Assembly: GCA_964492125.1 (NCBI GenBank)
Contig: CAZBJE010000009.1
Location: forward strand, 2,202 to 66,201
DNA: 64,000 nucleotides
Reading direction: 5' to 3'
Source of the DNA: an uncultured Pseudobdellovibrionaceae bacterium
GTDB taxonomy: Bacteria; Bdellovibrionota; FAC87; UBA2466
A program made the translations under genes and the position numbers. Shown here piece by piece: positions 55,542 through 63,438 of this stretch; the first letter of the stretch is position 1, and every line of letters begins with the position of its first letter. The notes beneath the pieces are model-generated. The model was given only the letters and a program-made list of their open reading frames with translations, made no database searches and was not told where the DNA came from.

Positions 55542-56300
55542 ATGCAATGGCTGACCTTGATGGGCCTTATCACTTCTGCACCCTTGCTGGGTAGTGGGAG
55601 CTTATACTCTGACCCGACTCTACAACCGCACGAGTCTCGATTTGGAAGCCGTGGCACCTGCGCTAGGGTCCTTTGGGAAGCGGGTAACGACCAGGACGCG
55701 CTAAAGAGCCTGCAAACCGTGCTGGTCGCTCTCACTAGTCGCGGGCAAGCCCGCGTATGGGAGTTAACCGCGCTCGCAGGTGAGTCCACCCAGCGCAAAT
55801 TGGTAGTCGAAACCAGCGATGAGGCGTGGGCAACCCTGCTTCAAGAGTTGGAACGAGGTCGGTGGGGAGTGAAGAAAAACAGGGTGTACCCCATAGTGAA
55901 ATGGATGGCCCTGGGCCCGACCGTGTTCGGGCTTGGCTATTTAAGTGATGCCGTTGCAGGCGTGGCCTATTTCTTTCAGGACGACCCTGTACTCGAATTC
56001 CTAACCACACCCGCTCGTTGGATTTTCTCTCCTCCGGTGATCCCCCCCGGTTCGGAAGCTTCGTATATCTGCGGGAAATTTGCGGCGGTAGCGTTGATGT
56101 TCGCCGCTGGATGGTCATGGACAATGGCGACCGAGCACCAGCTTGAACGCGAAGTGGGACATCTTCCCGCAGCTGGAGAGACGGTACCGTTCTATATTTT
56201 AAGAGGAATGCGGGGCGAGAGCTTTTACAAGAATCGGCGCCGGGTTCCGGTGTACCCCGATGCCATTCCGTTTGTATTCCGAGAATGGGGAGTTCCCTAG
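55542..56300 (+). CDS. membrane hypothetical protein
   Basis: The track ORF starts at 55326 but overlaps the 5' end of the divergently transcribed 51958-55488 gene there, so I set the start at ATG 55542 (GTG 55524 is also possible). TM segments include WMALGPTVFGLGYLSDAVAGVAYFF and FAAVALMFAAGWSW. Confidence 0.45.
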   Translation: MQWLTLMGLITSAPLLGSGSLYSDPTLQPHESRFGSRGTCARVLWEAGNDQDALKSLQTVLVALTSRGQARVWELTALAGESTQRKLVVETSDEAWATLLQELERGRWGVKKNRVYPIVKWMALGPTVFGLGYLSDAVAGVAYFFQDDPVLEFLTTPARWIFSPPVIPPGSEASYICGKFAAVALMFAAGWSWTMATEHQLEREVGHLPAAGETVPFYILRGMRGESFYKNRRRVPVYPDAIPFVFREWGVP

Positions 56301-57205
56301 GAGGGATCCACTAGAAACCGGTTCTCCGGGCTCAGTCGGTATTTCTCCCACAAAGCCATCAGATTGGCTTGTGCACGGCGTAGCGTCTGTTGGACCTGCT
56401 CGGTGCTTAGACCCAACATGGCAGCGATTTCGTCTGGCGAGGTGGAAAACTCGGCGTACCAAATAAGCATCCTACGCTCCTCGGTATCCAGCAGCCCAAT
56501 AGCCTGTACAGCGTGACTGGGTTCGGCACCCAAGGGAGAGTAAACGATTTGCGCAATCGCCTCCTCCCCAAGAAGGGTAGCCGGATAATGCCCGCTATCA
56601 CCGCTCGGACCCCGCAAGCCGCGGAGACTCGCATCGAGGTGCCTTGTCACACGGTTCATTCCCGATTTCACCGTGCCGATATCAATCTTTAATGCAGCGG
56701 AGATCTCTTCGTAGGTGAAACCCTCCATGACCATCAAATAGGGCATTCGATTGGTGGGCGACTGTTTCGAAACGGCGCTCGTGATTCGTCGCCAAACAAG
56801 TGCGGTAAATTCTCTATTTTGGACGAGTTCGTCAGCCGCCACATCCCGATGGGGAACGTCGATGGACAAGGCTATTCCCGATTTCGATCGACGGATCGAA
56901 TTCAGCGCCGCGTTTCTTAGCACCCGAGCCAGAAAACCTCGGTAATTTCCTAAGCCGGTGTACCCCGCAGGCGATAGGAGCAACCGGGTGGCCGCTTGTT
57001 GAATGATATCCGCACAATCCGCATCGTTTTTAAACCCCATGCGGTGCAAGATTCCCGGTCCCATGCTCAAGAGCAATTCATAGTCGTGCTGAGCCCCAAC
57101 ACGTGGCTCAATAATGGGAGAATCGCCCGCACGCAAGGAGACGCGAGAGCCCACCCCAAAAAGAAGCAGTCCAATCAAACACAGGTTTTTGTAGCTAAGT
57201 GACAC
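56297..57205 (-). CDS. ECF-like sigma-70 family factor with N-terminal hydrophobic segment and a second region-4-like HTH
   Basis: Region 2: DCADIIQQAATRLL...YRGFLARVLRNAALNSIRR. Region 4: YLMVMEGFTYEEISAALKIDIGTVKSGMNRV. Extra C-terminal block: EERRMLIWYAEFSTSPDEIAAMLGLSTEQVQQTLRRAQ. GTG start follows GGAG. Confidence 0.7.
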   Translation of the reverse strand: MSLSYKNLCLIGLLLFGVGSRVSLRAGDSPIIEPRVGAQHDYELLLSMGPGILHRMGFKNDADCADIIQQAATRLLLSPAGYTGLGNYRGFLARVLRNAALNSIRRSKSGIALSIDVPHRDVAADELVQNREFTALVWRRITSAVSKQSPTNRMPYLMVMEGFTYEEISAALKIDIGTVKSGMNRVTRHLDASLRGLRGPSGDSGHYPATLLGEEAIAQIVYSPLGAEPSHAVQAIGLLDTEERRMLIWYAEFSTSPDEIAAMLGLSTEQVQQTLRRAQANLMALWEKYRLSPENRFLVDPS

Positions 57206-57338
57206 AGAACTCCAGATGAGCTCACTGTCTCTAATAAATTAGTGGAACAAAAACAAGCTTCCGTGACAGTACCGATGGAAAAACATTGCTGAGGTGAGTC
57301 TCGCTCTCGAGAGGAGAGCTTACTGCGTTGGTCAAATG

Positions 57339-57411
57339 AGCGGGAGACGGGGCTCGAACCCGCCACCTACAGCTTGGGAAGCTGTCGCTCTACCAGATGA
57401 GCTACTCCCGC
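57339..57411 (-). tRNA. tRNA-Gly (anticodon CCC)
   Basis: The reverse complement GCGGGAGTAGCTCATCTGGTAGAGCGACAGCTTCCCAAGCTGTAGGTGGCGGGTTCGAGCCCCGTCTCCCGCT folds as a cloverleaf (stems of 7/4/5/5 bp) with anticodon loop TTCCCAA. The CCA end is not encoded (followed by CA). Confidence 0.9.
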
Positions 57412-57480
57412 AAATCAAAAGAACAACGAGTTCAAACTGTTAACACAGCCACCAGAATCCAGTCCATTGCGATTTTGGGC

Positions 57481-58389
57481 CTACCGATCCCACCGGGCTT
57501 GCAGCAGCAAGCTCACCGATCGCGAAAGAGGCATGTTGCTTGCGGGCAGCATCGCGTTGTCGCTGTAGAATCCGCCGAGTGAAATATGGTCGGCAACCAG
57601 GTAAGCGACCTGGATCGTCACGGGAAACGAAGTTTGCGCGTTGCCCACTTCATCGACCAGTCCCTGTGTGGTGAGCGGGCCCTCAAAGACCGACGAAATC
57701 ATCCCACCCAAGCGCCAGTCGCCCCAGTTCCACCCTGCCCCCAAGGCGGCCGAAGCGCCCCATGCTGGAATCAAACGAAAGTCGCCGGCGTCCGTCACCA
57801 TCGTGCGAGAAAGCGGCTGGTGGGCTTCGCCCATCAGCATGACGTCCCAGGCGCCCCACGTTTTCTGCAAAAGCGCCCCAACGCTGAAGGTCCAATAGCC
57901 TCGCCCCATCGCATCGATCTGGTACAGCGACGCGGAGTCCAGCGCCGAACGCCCGGTCGGTGCGGTCACGGTCGCGAAAACCAAACCCTTGGGCCGCCAG
58001 GGTGAGTAGGTCCACTGGGGGAGCATTTCCCACCCAGCCATCACAGTCGCGTCGCCTAACCCCAGCGCCCCGATTTGAGTCCCATTGCGCGCGCGGTACC
58101 GCCGCACCAGCGGCAGGCTCACGCCGAGCTGCCAGCGATCCGAGATCAAGGAAGCCGCGTCCAATCGCACGGTGCCCCTTGTTTCTTGATCTTGCGCGCC
58201 TCTGGGAACCGCGCCCCCGGAAACCGGCGCATCGGCCACCACCGCGGCGTAGGTGGTCGTCGCAGTGACCTGCATCCGCTGATCGCCCGAAATCAAAGTC
58301 GGCATTAGGCCGCCGCCACCGCAGCAAGCCGCCCCGTTAGCTAAACCGGAGAAGAGTAAAACGAGAATCGCTAGCCGTGACTTTTGCAT
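57481..58389 (-). CDS. outer-membrane beta-barrel-like protein with CCGGGG motif after the signal peptide
   Basis: MQKSRLAILVLLFSGLANGAACCGGGG. The rest shows an alternating hydrophobic pattern rich in Gly and aromatic residues, typical of small barrels. Confidence 0.45.
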   Translation of the reverse strand: MQKSRLAILVLLFSGLANGAACCGGGGLMPTLISGDQRMQVTATTTYAAVVADAPVSGGAVPRGAQDQETRGTVRLDAASLISDRWQLGVSLPLVRRYRARNGTQIGALGLGDATVMAGWEMLPQWTYSPWRPKGLVFATVTAPTGRSALDSASLYQIDAMGRGYWTFSVGALLQKTWGAWDVMLMGEAHQPLSRTMVTDAGDFRLIPAWGASAALGAGWNWGDWRLGGMISSVFEGPLTTQGLVDEVGNAQTSFPVTIQVAYLVADHISLGGFYSDNAMLPASNMPLSRSVSLLLQARWDR

Positions 58390-58866
58390 CTACGGAACGA
58401 CCACGTCCAACGAAGCCTTTTCCGAGCCCAACTGCACGTAGTGCCAGTATTCGCCGGACATCAACGTAATGCCGCTGGCCGAGTAAACGCCGGCCTCTCC
58501 CGCCTTGAGCGGGCACCCCTTGGGAGTCTTGCAACACTTCATGATAAAAAACGCCTTAGGCTGGACAGACGGAGTTACGTACGGACCGGCCTCGCGCGTG
58601 CCGGCACCGAACTTCCAAAACCGCAAAACCAAGTCGGATGGAGCATCCGCACTAGGCGATGTTTTCCACTCCACTCCCCCACAAAGCCCGGCTTTGGGAA
58701 AAAAGAGCGGGCATGCAGCGTCTACTGCGGCCGCGGCGAGCGGTTCGCTTGCCGGGTGGGAAACTTCGGGGTGCGCCGCGGTGGTGTTTTCCACCGGGGA
58801 AACCACCACCGGTTTACCGCACGCTGGTGCCAAAAAAACCAAAATGCCGATCCATGTATTTTTCAT
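58390..58866 (-). CDS. Cys-rich lipoprotein with YtkA/FixH-like Ig-fold pattern
   Basis: Lipobox MKNTWIGILVFLAPAC. VEWKTSP...LVLRFW...FFIMKCCKTPKGC...GVYSASGITLMSGEYWHYVQL follows the YtkA-like layout, with Cys in place of the Met/His metal ligands. Confidence 0.35.
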   Translation of the reverse strand: MKNTWIGILVFLAPACGKPVVVSPVENTTAAHPEVSHPASEPLAAAAVDAACPLFFPKAGLCGGVEWKTSPSADAPSDLVLRFWKFGAGTREAGPYVTPSVQPKAFFIMKCCKTPKGCPLKAGEAGVYSASGITLMSGEYWHYVQLGSEKASLDVVVP

Positions 58867-58876
58867 TGTTGCTCCT

Positions 58877-59392
58877 TTATCGTCGAATCGCGCACCCAAG
58901 CGGACGCGCCGCCTTCACTGAAACAGGTTTTCCTTGGGCGACTTCGGCCAGGGCCTGAGCCAAATACCCTTGCTCTGCGCGCTGGGCATCCCGGCTATCG
59001 TCGACTCCACCTTGGAAAAGCACATTGCCTTGGGCATCCACCAAAAAAGCATGTGGGGTATTCAAGGCGCTAAAACCATCCGCCCACGCATGGGCTTTTT
59101 CGCTGATCACAGGAAACGGCATCAGAGCGTAATGTTTCTCGGCGCCAAAAGCAGCATTGGAGACCACTCCCACAAAAGGAAACTGCGGGTAGCGCTGGGC
59201 CAGGTCCGCCAGCACCGGCTCGTGACTAATGGAACACGGGCATTGGGCGGAAAGAAAAACCACAACCGACGCTTTATCGACGGGCCAATGCACCGAGCGA
59301 CCGTTACGCAGATCGGTGCCTTCGATAACCGGCAGTGCCGACGCGGCCGTCGTCGTCAAAATGACAAGTAGAGAGAGCGCGATCCACTTCAT
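58877..59392 (-). CDS. periplasmic thioredoxin-fold redoxin (TlpA/AhpC-TSA-like), CPCS active site
   Basis: Signal peptide MKWIALSLLVILTTTAASA. VVVFLSAQCPCSISHEPVL and TPHAFLVDAQGNVLFQG. Confidence 0.7.
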   Translation of the reverse strand: MKWIALSLLVILTTTAASALPVIEGTDLRNGRSVHWPVDKASVVVFLSAQCPCSISHEPVLADLAQRYPQFPFVGVVSNAAFGAEKHYALMPFPVISEKAHAWADGFSALNTPHAFLVDAQGNVLFQGGVDDSRDAQRAEQGYLAQALAEVAQGKPVSVKAARPLGCAIRR

Positions 59393-59401
59393 CTGAGAAA
59401 C

Positions 59402-60298
59402 CTATTGCTGCTTTAACCAATCAACGTAGTGCGCAACGCCGTCATTCAAACCCCAGCGTGCGGTAAAACCAAGCCGCGCCTGAGCACGGGACGTGTCGGC
59501 CACCGTATTACTTTGGTAAGTCGCCGGATCATACGGCATGGGAATGTACTGCGGGGTGATGTTTTTGCCCAACGCCAAACCCAGCGCTTTCACTAAATCA
59601 TTGAAAGTGGAGCCCACTCCCGTGCCGACGTTGTACACGCCGCTCGGCGCAGTCAGCGCGCAAAGATTCGCCGCCACAACATCCTGCACATGAATGAAGT
59701 CGCGGATCTGATCGCCCCATTCGAAAAGCTTGGGTGCGTCGCCCTGCTGGATCTGACGAAACAAATGGTAAACCATGGAGGCCGCTCGGCCCTTGCCGGC
59801 CTCGCGCGGACCGTAAACGTTGAAGTAGCGCAAACCCACCACGGGCGTCGAGGTATGGGCCGCCGCCAATTCGTCCATTTGGAGTTTGGACCGCCCATAA
59901 GCGGTGATCAACTGCTTGGGCTGATCTTCTTGCATAGGGGTGGGACCGTTGCCGTAAAGACCCGCGGTCGACGCATAGACCAAGCGACAACCCGCTTGGC
60001 TCGCAAGGGCGAGCATGCGGCTAAAGCCACCCACATTGCGTTCCAAAACTTCCTGGTCGTTGCCGTGACGGGGATCCGTGATATCGCCGTGGTGAAAAAT
60101 ACCGTCCCACGCGCCTTCGGCCTCAAAGGGCTGCGTCACATCGGCTAGAAGAAATCGGCCCCGGAAACCGGTGAGGTTTTCGCGAGCGCCCGTACGCAAG
60201 CAATCCACCGCCACCACTTCGTGCCCTCGGGCTTCTAATTCCAATGCGAGATTTGAACCAATGAATCCGGCGGCGCCGGATATGAGATACCGAGGCAT
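59402..60298 (-). CDS. hldD: ADP-L-glycero-D-manno-heptose 6-epimerase-like SDR
   Basis: GAAGFIGSN, YASTAGLYG, YGRSK, GLRYFNVYGPREAGKGRAASMVYHL, PKLFE, RDFIHVQDV, NVGTG, YIPMP and YVDWL parallel E. coli HldD block by block. Confidence 0.7.
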   Translation of the reverse strand: MPRYLISGAAGFIGSNLALELEARGHEVVAVDCLRTGARENLTGFRGRFLLADVTQPFEAEGAWDGIFHHGDITDPRHGNDQEVLERNVGGFSRMLALASQAGCRLVYASTAGLYGNGPTPMQEDQPKQLITAYGRSKLQMDELAAAHTSTPVVGLRYFNVYGPREAGKGRAASMVYHLFRQIQQGDAPKLFEWGDQIRDFIHVQDVVAANLCALTAPSGVYNVGTGVGSTFNDLVKALGLALGKNITPQYIPMPYDPATYQSNTVADTSRAQARLGFTARWGLNDGVAHYVDWLKQQ

Positions 60299-60546
60299 GC
60301 GCAATCGTTACCATAGCGTCTGGACGATGACAAAAGAACGAAGCGCGTAAGTGGCCGGTTCGGTACGCGCTGACTGGAGCGCAGTCGAACGAGGTGTACT
60401 GGCTGTGGACAGAGTAAATGCCGGAAATTCCTTAACTTTACTAGCGCCAGGGCGGGGTCTACTGGGCGTTGTACTAAACTTGCACAGCCCCGCTGCCTGA
60501 GAAAGCCGGTCCCGGTTTTGCAAATTAAAGCCCCTAGAGGAACCCT

Positions 60547-60822
60547 ATGACTTACACCAAGACTTTGCTCACTCTGGCTACTCTCTGCATTTTGGGCACA
60601 GCCAATGCCCAAGCGGCTCCTAAGCGGGATCCGAACAGGGCCAACTGCGAACTGCGCCTAGTGTCCAACGCCGGCACCGGTGCAGGCGAAGTATTCATGA
60701 GCATTTTCACCCACAGCGAAGAAGAGTGCTTGGGCAAATCAGATCCCACGGTCGAGGCAAAATTCCGGAATGCGCGCGGCGCAGTGACAGCCCAACGCGG
60801 CGGTGCCGGACCTCAAGAATAG
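60547..60822 (+). CDS. small secreted hypothetical protein
   Basis: GAGGAA RBS. Signal peptide MTYTKTLLTLATLCILGTANAQA. Confidence 0.5.
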   Translation: MTYTKTLLTLATLCILGTANAQAAPKRDPNRANCELRLVSNAGTGAGEVFMSIFTHSEEECLGKSDPTVEAKFRNARGAVTAQRGGAGPQE

Positions 60823-60872
60823 CCTTTTTCCGCTTACTTGCTTCTGCTTCTCACCAAAGCTATTAATGGCTT

Positions 60873-61319
60873 ATGCCCCACGATGACTCCGGACCTTTCA
60901 AAGCGCTGTTAGACGCCAAAGGTCTCAAGCTCACTCACGAGCGCCAGCAGTTGCTGGACGAAGTCCTCAAAATCAAGCAGCACTTCGACGCCGACGGCCT
61001 CTATGAAATGCTGAAAGACAAAGGGCTTCGCATTTCGCGTGACACTGTCTACCGCACCCTACCCCTTCTGCTTGAGTGTGGAGTGGTGCAAAAAAGCGTG
61101 GGCGATGGCCGCCGCGAGTATTTTGAGCGGGTGGGAACCAAGGGGCACCACGATCACATGATCTGCATCCAATGCGGCAGAATCATCGAATTCAAATCCG
61201 ACGAAATCGAAAAAATCCAAGACGCCGTTTGCTCCACCCACGGCTTTAAACTCATCTTCCACGATCACCGGCTTTTTGGTTACTGCCGCGATTGCACCCC
61301 CGCACAAGATAAGGGCTGA
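60873..61319 (+). CDS. Fur-family metalloregulator (Fur/Zur/PerR not distinguishable)
   Basis: Winged-helix N-terminus, then HHDHMICIQCGRIIEF and HRLFGYCRDC, giving two CxxC pairs. Confidence 0.85.
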   Translation: MPHDDSGPFKALLDAKGLKLTHERQQLLDEVLKIKQHFDADGLYEMLKDKGLRISRDTVYRTLPLLLECGVVQKSVGDGRREYFERVGTKGHHDHMICIQCGRIIEFKSDEIEKIQDAVCSTHGFKLIFHDHRLFGYCRDCTPAQDKG

Positions 61320-61321
61320 CA

Positions 61322-61909
61322 TTGATCCCCCCAGAACTCTTCAGCACTCTCGACCCCAGTACGTTGGATTTGCTTTTCTATCGGCTAATCAACTCGGGCC
61401 TAACGAGCGACGCTCGGGACCCGTTCTTCTTTTGGCTTTCTTCGCGTGAACTCTGGTGCGGGTTGGCATTGGCCCTGGGCGCCTACGCGGTTTTGCGAAG
61501 AGATTGGTACCTGCTGAAAGTCTTGGGCCTCATGGTCCTTGCGGTGGCGGTTTGCGATCTCGCGTGCACCTATTGGCTAAAGCCCTTCTTTCAACGCGTG
61601 CGTCCCTGCCACTACTTGGAAAACGCGCGGCGAGTAGGTGGAATCTGCGGCAGCGAAATGGGAATGCCCTCCAACCATGCAGCCAATGGGATGGCCATCA
61701 CGGTGATAGTGGCAATTTACTATTCGTGGCCTTGGCTTCTTTTATCGCTCCTATTCACTGCATTAGTCGGTTTTTCGCGGGTGTACTTGGGCGTGCATTT
61801 TCCAGGCGACGTACTGGCCGGCTATGGCGTCGGTTTTGTGGCCGGCAGCTTTTTAGCTATTAGTTTGCACCGCTGGATTAAAACCAAAACCAAAGGAATG
61901 AAAAAATGA
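61322..61909 (+). CDS. PAP2-family lipid phosphatase
   Basis: KPFFQRVRP, PSNHAAN and SRVYLGVHFPGDVLAG are the three PAP2 motifs. The start is a TTG. Confidence 0.85.
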   Translation: MIPPELFSTLDPSTLDLLFYRLINSGLTSDARDPFFFWLSSRELWCGLALALGAYAVLRRDWYLLKVLGLMVLAVAVCDLACTYWLKPFFQRVRPCHYLENARRVGGICGSEMGMPSNHAANGMAITVIVAIYYSWPWLLLSLLFTALVGFSRVYLGVHFPGDVLAGYGVGFVAGSFLAISLHRWIKTKTKGMKK

Positions 61910-62223
61910 GCTGGGAGATTACCCCCGCGGAGTTGCGCGCGCGTTTAGATAAAGGCGACGAACTGCAATTGGTGGATGTCCGCGAAGCGGAAGAACTCCA
62001 AATCGCCACCCTAGGCGCCCTCCACATTCCCCTCACCGATCTAGTCATGCGGCATACCGAACTGGATCCCGACAAAGAAACGGTGCTCATCTGCCACCAC
62101 GGCATCCGTAGCGCACAAGCCACGATGCTTCTGAGCCAACTCGGTTTTGAAAAAGCGAAGAACTTAAAGGGCGGAATCGACCGCTGGTCCCAAGACGTCG
62201 ACCCAGCAGTCCCTCGATACTAG
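61906..62223 (+). CDS. rhodanese-domain sulfurtransferase
   Basis: Active-site loop CHHGIRS. The ATGA start overlaps the PAP2 stop. Confidence 0.85.
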   Translation: MSWEITPAELRARLDKGDELQLVDVREAEELQIATLGALHIPLTDLVMRHTELDPDKETVLICHHGIRSAQATMLLSQLGFEKAKNLKGGIDRWSQDVDPAVPRY

Positions 62224-62292
62224 CTCGGCTCCAGACTTGCCTCGCTTACCTGCCCCACACAGCAACAATGCGTCGATAACTCGCTGCTGAAA

Positions 62293-62458
62293 GGGGCTTC
62301 CCGTGGATCGCCGGCCCGCGCCGGCGGGGCCGTCATTGCAGCCCCCGAACCAATGGAACGCTAGACCCAATCTGCAATGCGAGCGCCTCAGACCAATTGA
62401 AATTATAGGAGAACCGGTGTGCCCAGCCGGCGCGGGCCGGCGATCCACGGGAAGCCCC
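62293..62458. repeat. 166-bp element: 33-bp perfect GC-rich inverted arms around a 100-bp core
   Basis: GGGGCTTCCCGTGGATCGCCGGCCCGCGCCGGC (62293-62325) is the exact reverse complement of 62426-62458. The core has its own ATTGCAG / CTGCAAT stem. The element lies between convergent operons. Confidence 0.85.
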
Positions 62459-62493
62459 GTTCGACAGGCCACAGCCGGGAACGTTCTCGAGGG

Positions 62494-62781
62494 TTACCGA
62501 GCGAGGTAGTCGCTAAACAGGAAGATAAAGCCGAGCGCCAAACCGACCAATCCCGAACAGATAGTGACCCAGATAATCGGAGTGGCTTCCCGCACGTGCA
62601 TGAAGATCCAAACCACCAAGACGGCTTTAGTCGTCGCAATCAGCATCGCTAGCGGGGTGCCGAGCACTCCGAAGTCGTGGTAGGCAGCGCCTACCGTCAA
62701 GACCAAGCCTATCATCAGCAAGGCGTAGACAATGTAGTACGGTTTGAGATTGCTGTGATCGTGCGAGTGTTCGTGCGCCAT
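62494..62781 (-). CDS. cytochrome c oxidase subunit IV-family small membrane protein
   Basis: MAHEHSHDHSNLKPYYIVYALLMIGLVLTV..., three TM segments. The ATG overlaps the subunit III stop (TAATG). Confidence 0.7.
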   Translation of the reverse strand: MAHEHSHDHSNLKPYYIVYALLMIGLVLTVGAAYHDFGVLGTPLAMLIATTKAVLVVWIFMHVREATPIIWVTICSGLVGLALGFIFLFSDYLAR

Positions 62782-63428
62782 TAGTAGCGTCCTATTAGGT
62801 AGAAAAGCGGGAAAACGTAAATCCAGACCAAATCGACGAAGTGCCAATACAGTCCGACCATTTCCACCGGTTGGTAACGTTCCTTAGGGTAGTGGCCCAA
62901 ATGCGCCTTGATGGCGAAAACGCCGATCAAAACCACTCCAATCAAAACATGGAACCCGTGCAATCCCGTAGCGCCGAAGTACAAGCTATAGAAAAGCTGG
63001 GCCTTGTCGCCCCACTCATTCTCAAAATTCCAAAGCGGTCCGGGCACCGAACCCACGTGGAATTTATGTTTGTACTCGAAGAACTTGATGACCAAAAAGC
63101 CCACACCCGCCAAGCAAGTGAAAGTGAGCATACCCACCAAGCGTTTGGTGAGCCCGCGTTGAGCCGCATTAACCGCTAAAGCCATCGTCAGAGAGCTGGT
63201 GAGCAACACCGCGGTGTTGATCGTTCCCAGAGTGACATCCAAATGATGGCTCATCTCGTGAAACATTTCCGGGTAGAGATGCCGGTACACCGCGTACGAG
63301 AAAAAGATCCCGCCGAAGAACATGATTTCGGTCAGCAGGAAAACCCACATCCCAAGGCTCACCGACTCGCGCTGTTGCACGATATCGTCGAAATGGTGGG
63401 CAAGATAAGGATTGTGTTCTGCGCTCAT
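62781..63428 (-). CDS. ctaE: cytochrome c oxidase subunit III
   Basis: HHFDDIVQQRESVSLGMWVFLLTEIMFFGGIF and GLHGFHVLIGV. Confidence 0.85.
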   Translation of the reverse strand: MSAEHNPYLAHHFDDIVQQRESVSLGMWVFLLTEIMFFGGIFFSYAVYRHLYPEMFHEMSHHLDVTLGTINTAVLLTSSLTMALAVNAAQRGLTKRLVGMLTFTCLAGVGFLVIKFFEYKHKFHVGSVPGPLWNFENEWGDKAQLFYSLYFGATGLHGFHVLIGVVLIGVFAIKAHLGHYPKERYQPVEMVGLYWHFVDLVWIYVFPLFYLIGRY

Positions 63429-63438
63429 TCGCTCTTCC

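Noticed and set aside
55542-56300. The membrane protein as the cognate anti-sigma factor of the adjacent ECF-like sigma.
   Set aside because: It is convergent rather than co-transcribed, and it has no zinc anti-sigma motif (HxxxCxxC) or recognisable anti-sigma N-terminal helix bundle.
47555-57411. Genomic island integrated at the 3' end of tRNA-Gly(CCC). The all-hypothetical cluster lies immediately 3' of the tRNA.
   Set aside because: There is no integrase, recombinase or mobility gene. I could not find a direct repeat of the tRNA 3' end in the window, and there is no obvious compositional break by eye. This remains untested rather than supported.
60507-60522. Weak sigma54-like element CGGTCC-N5-TTGCA upstream of the small secreted protein gene.
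   Set aside because: Only the GG/GC spacing and the -12 half match. The predicted 5' UTR would be only about 14 nt. Too weak to call.
62164-62509. ORFs 62164-62472 (-) and 62303-62509 (+) spanning the inverted-repeat element.
   Set aside because: Both read through the palindromic arms, are mirror artefacts of the repeat, and have Arg/Pro/Gly-rich nonsense-like sequences.
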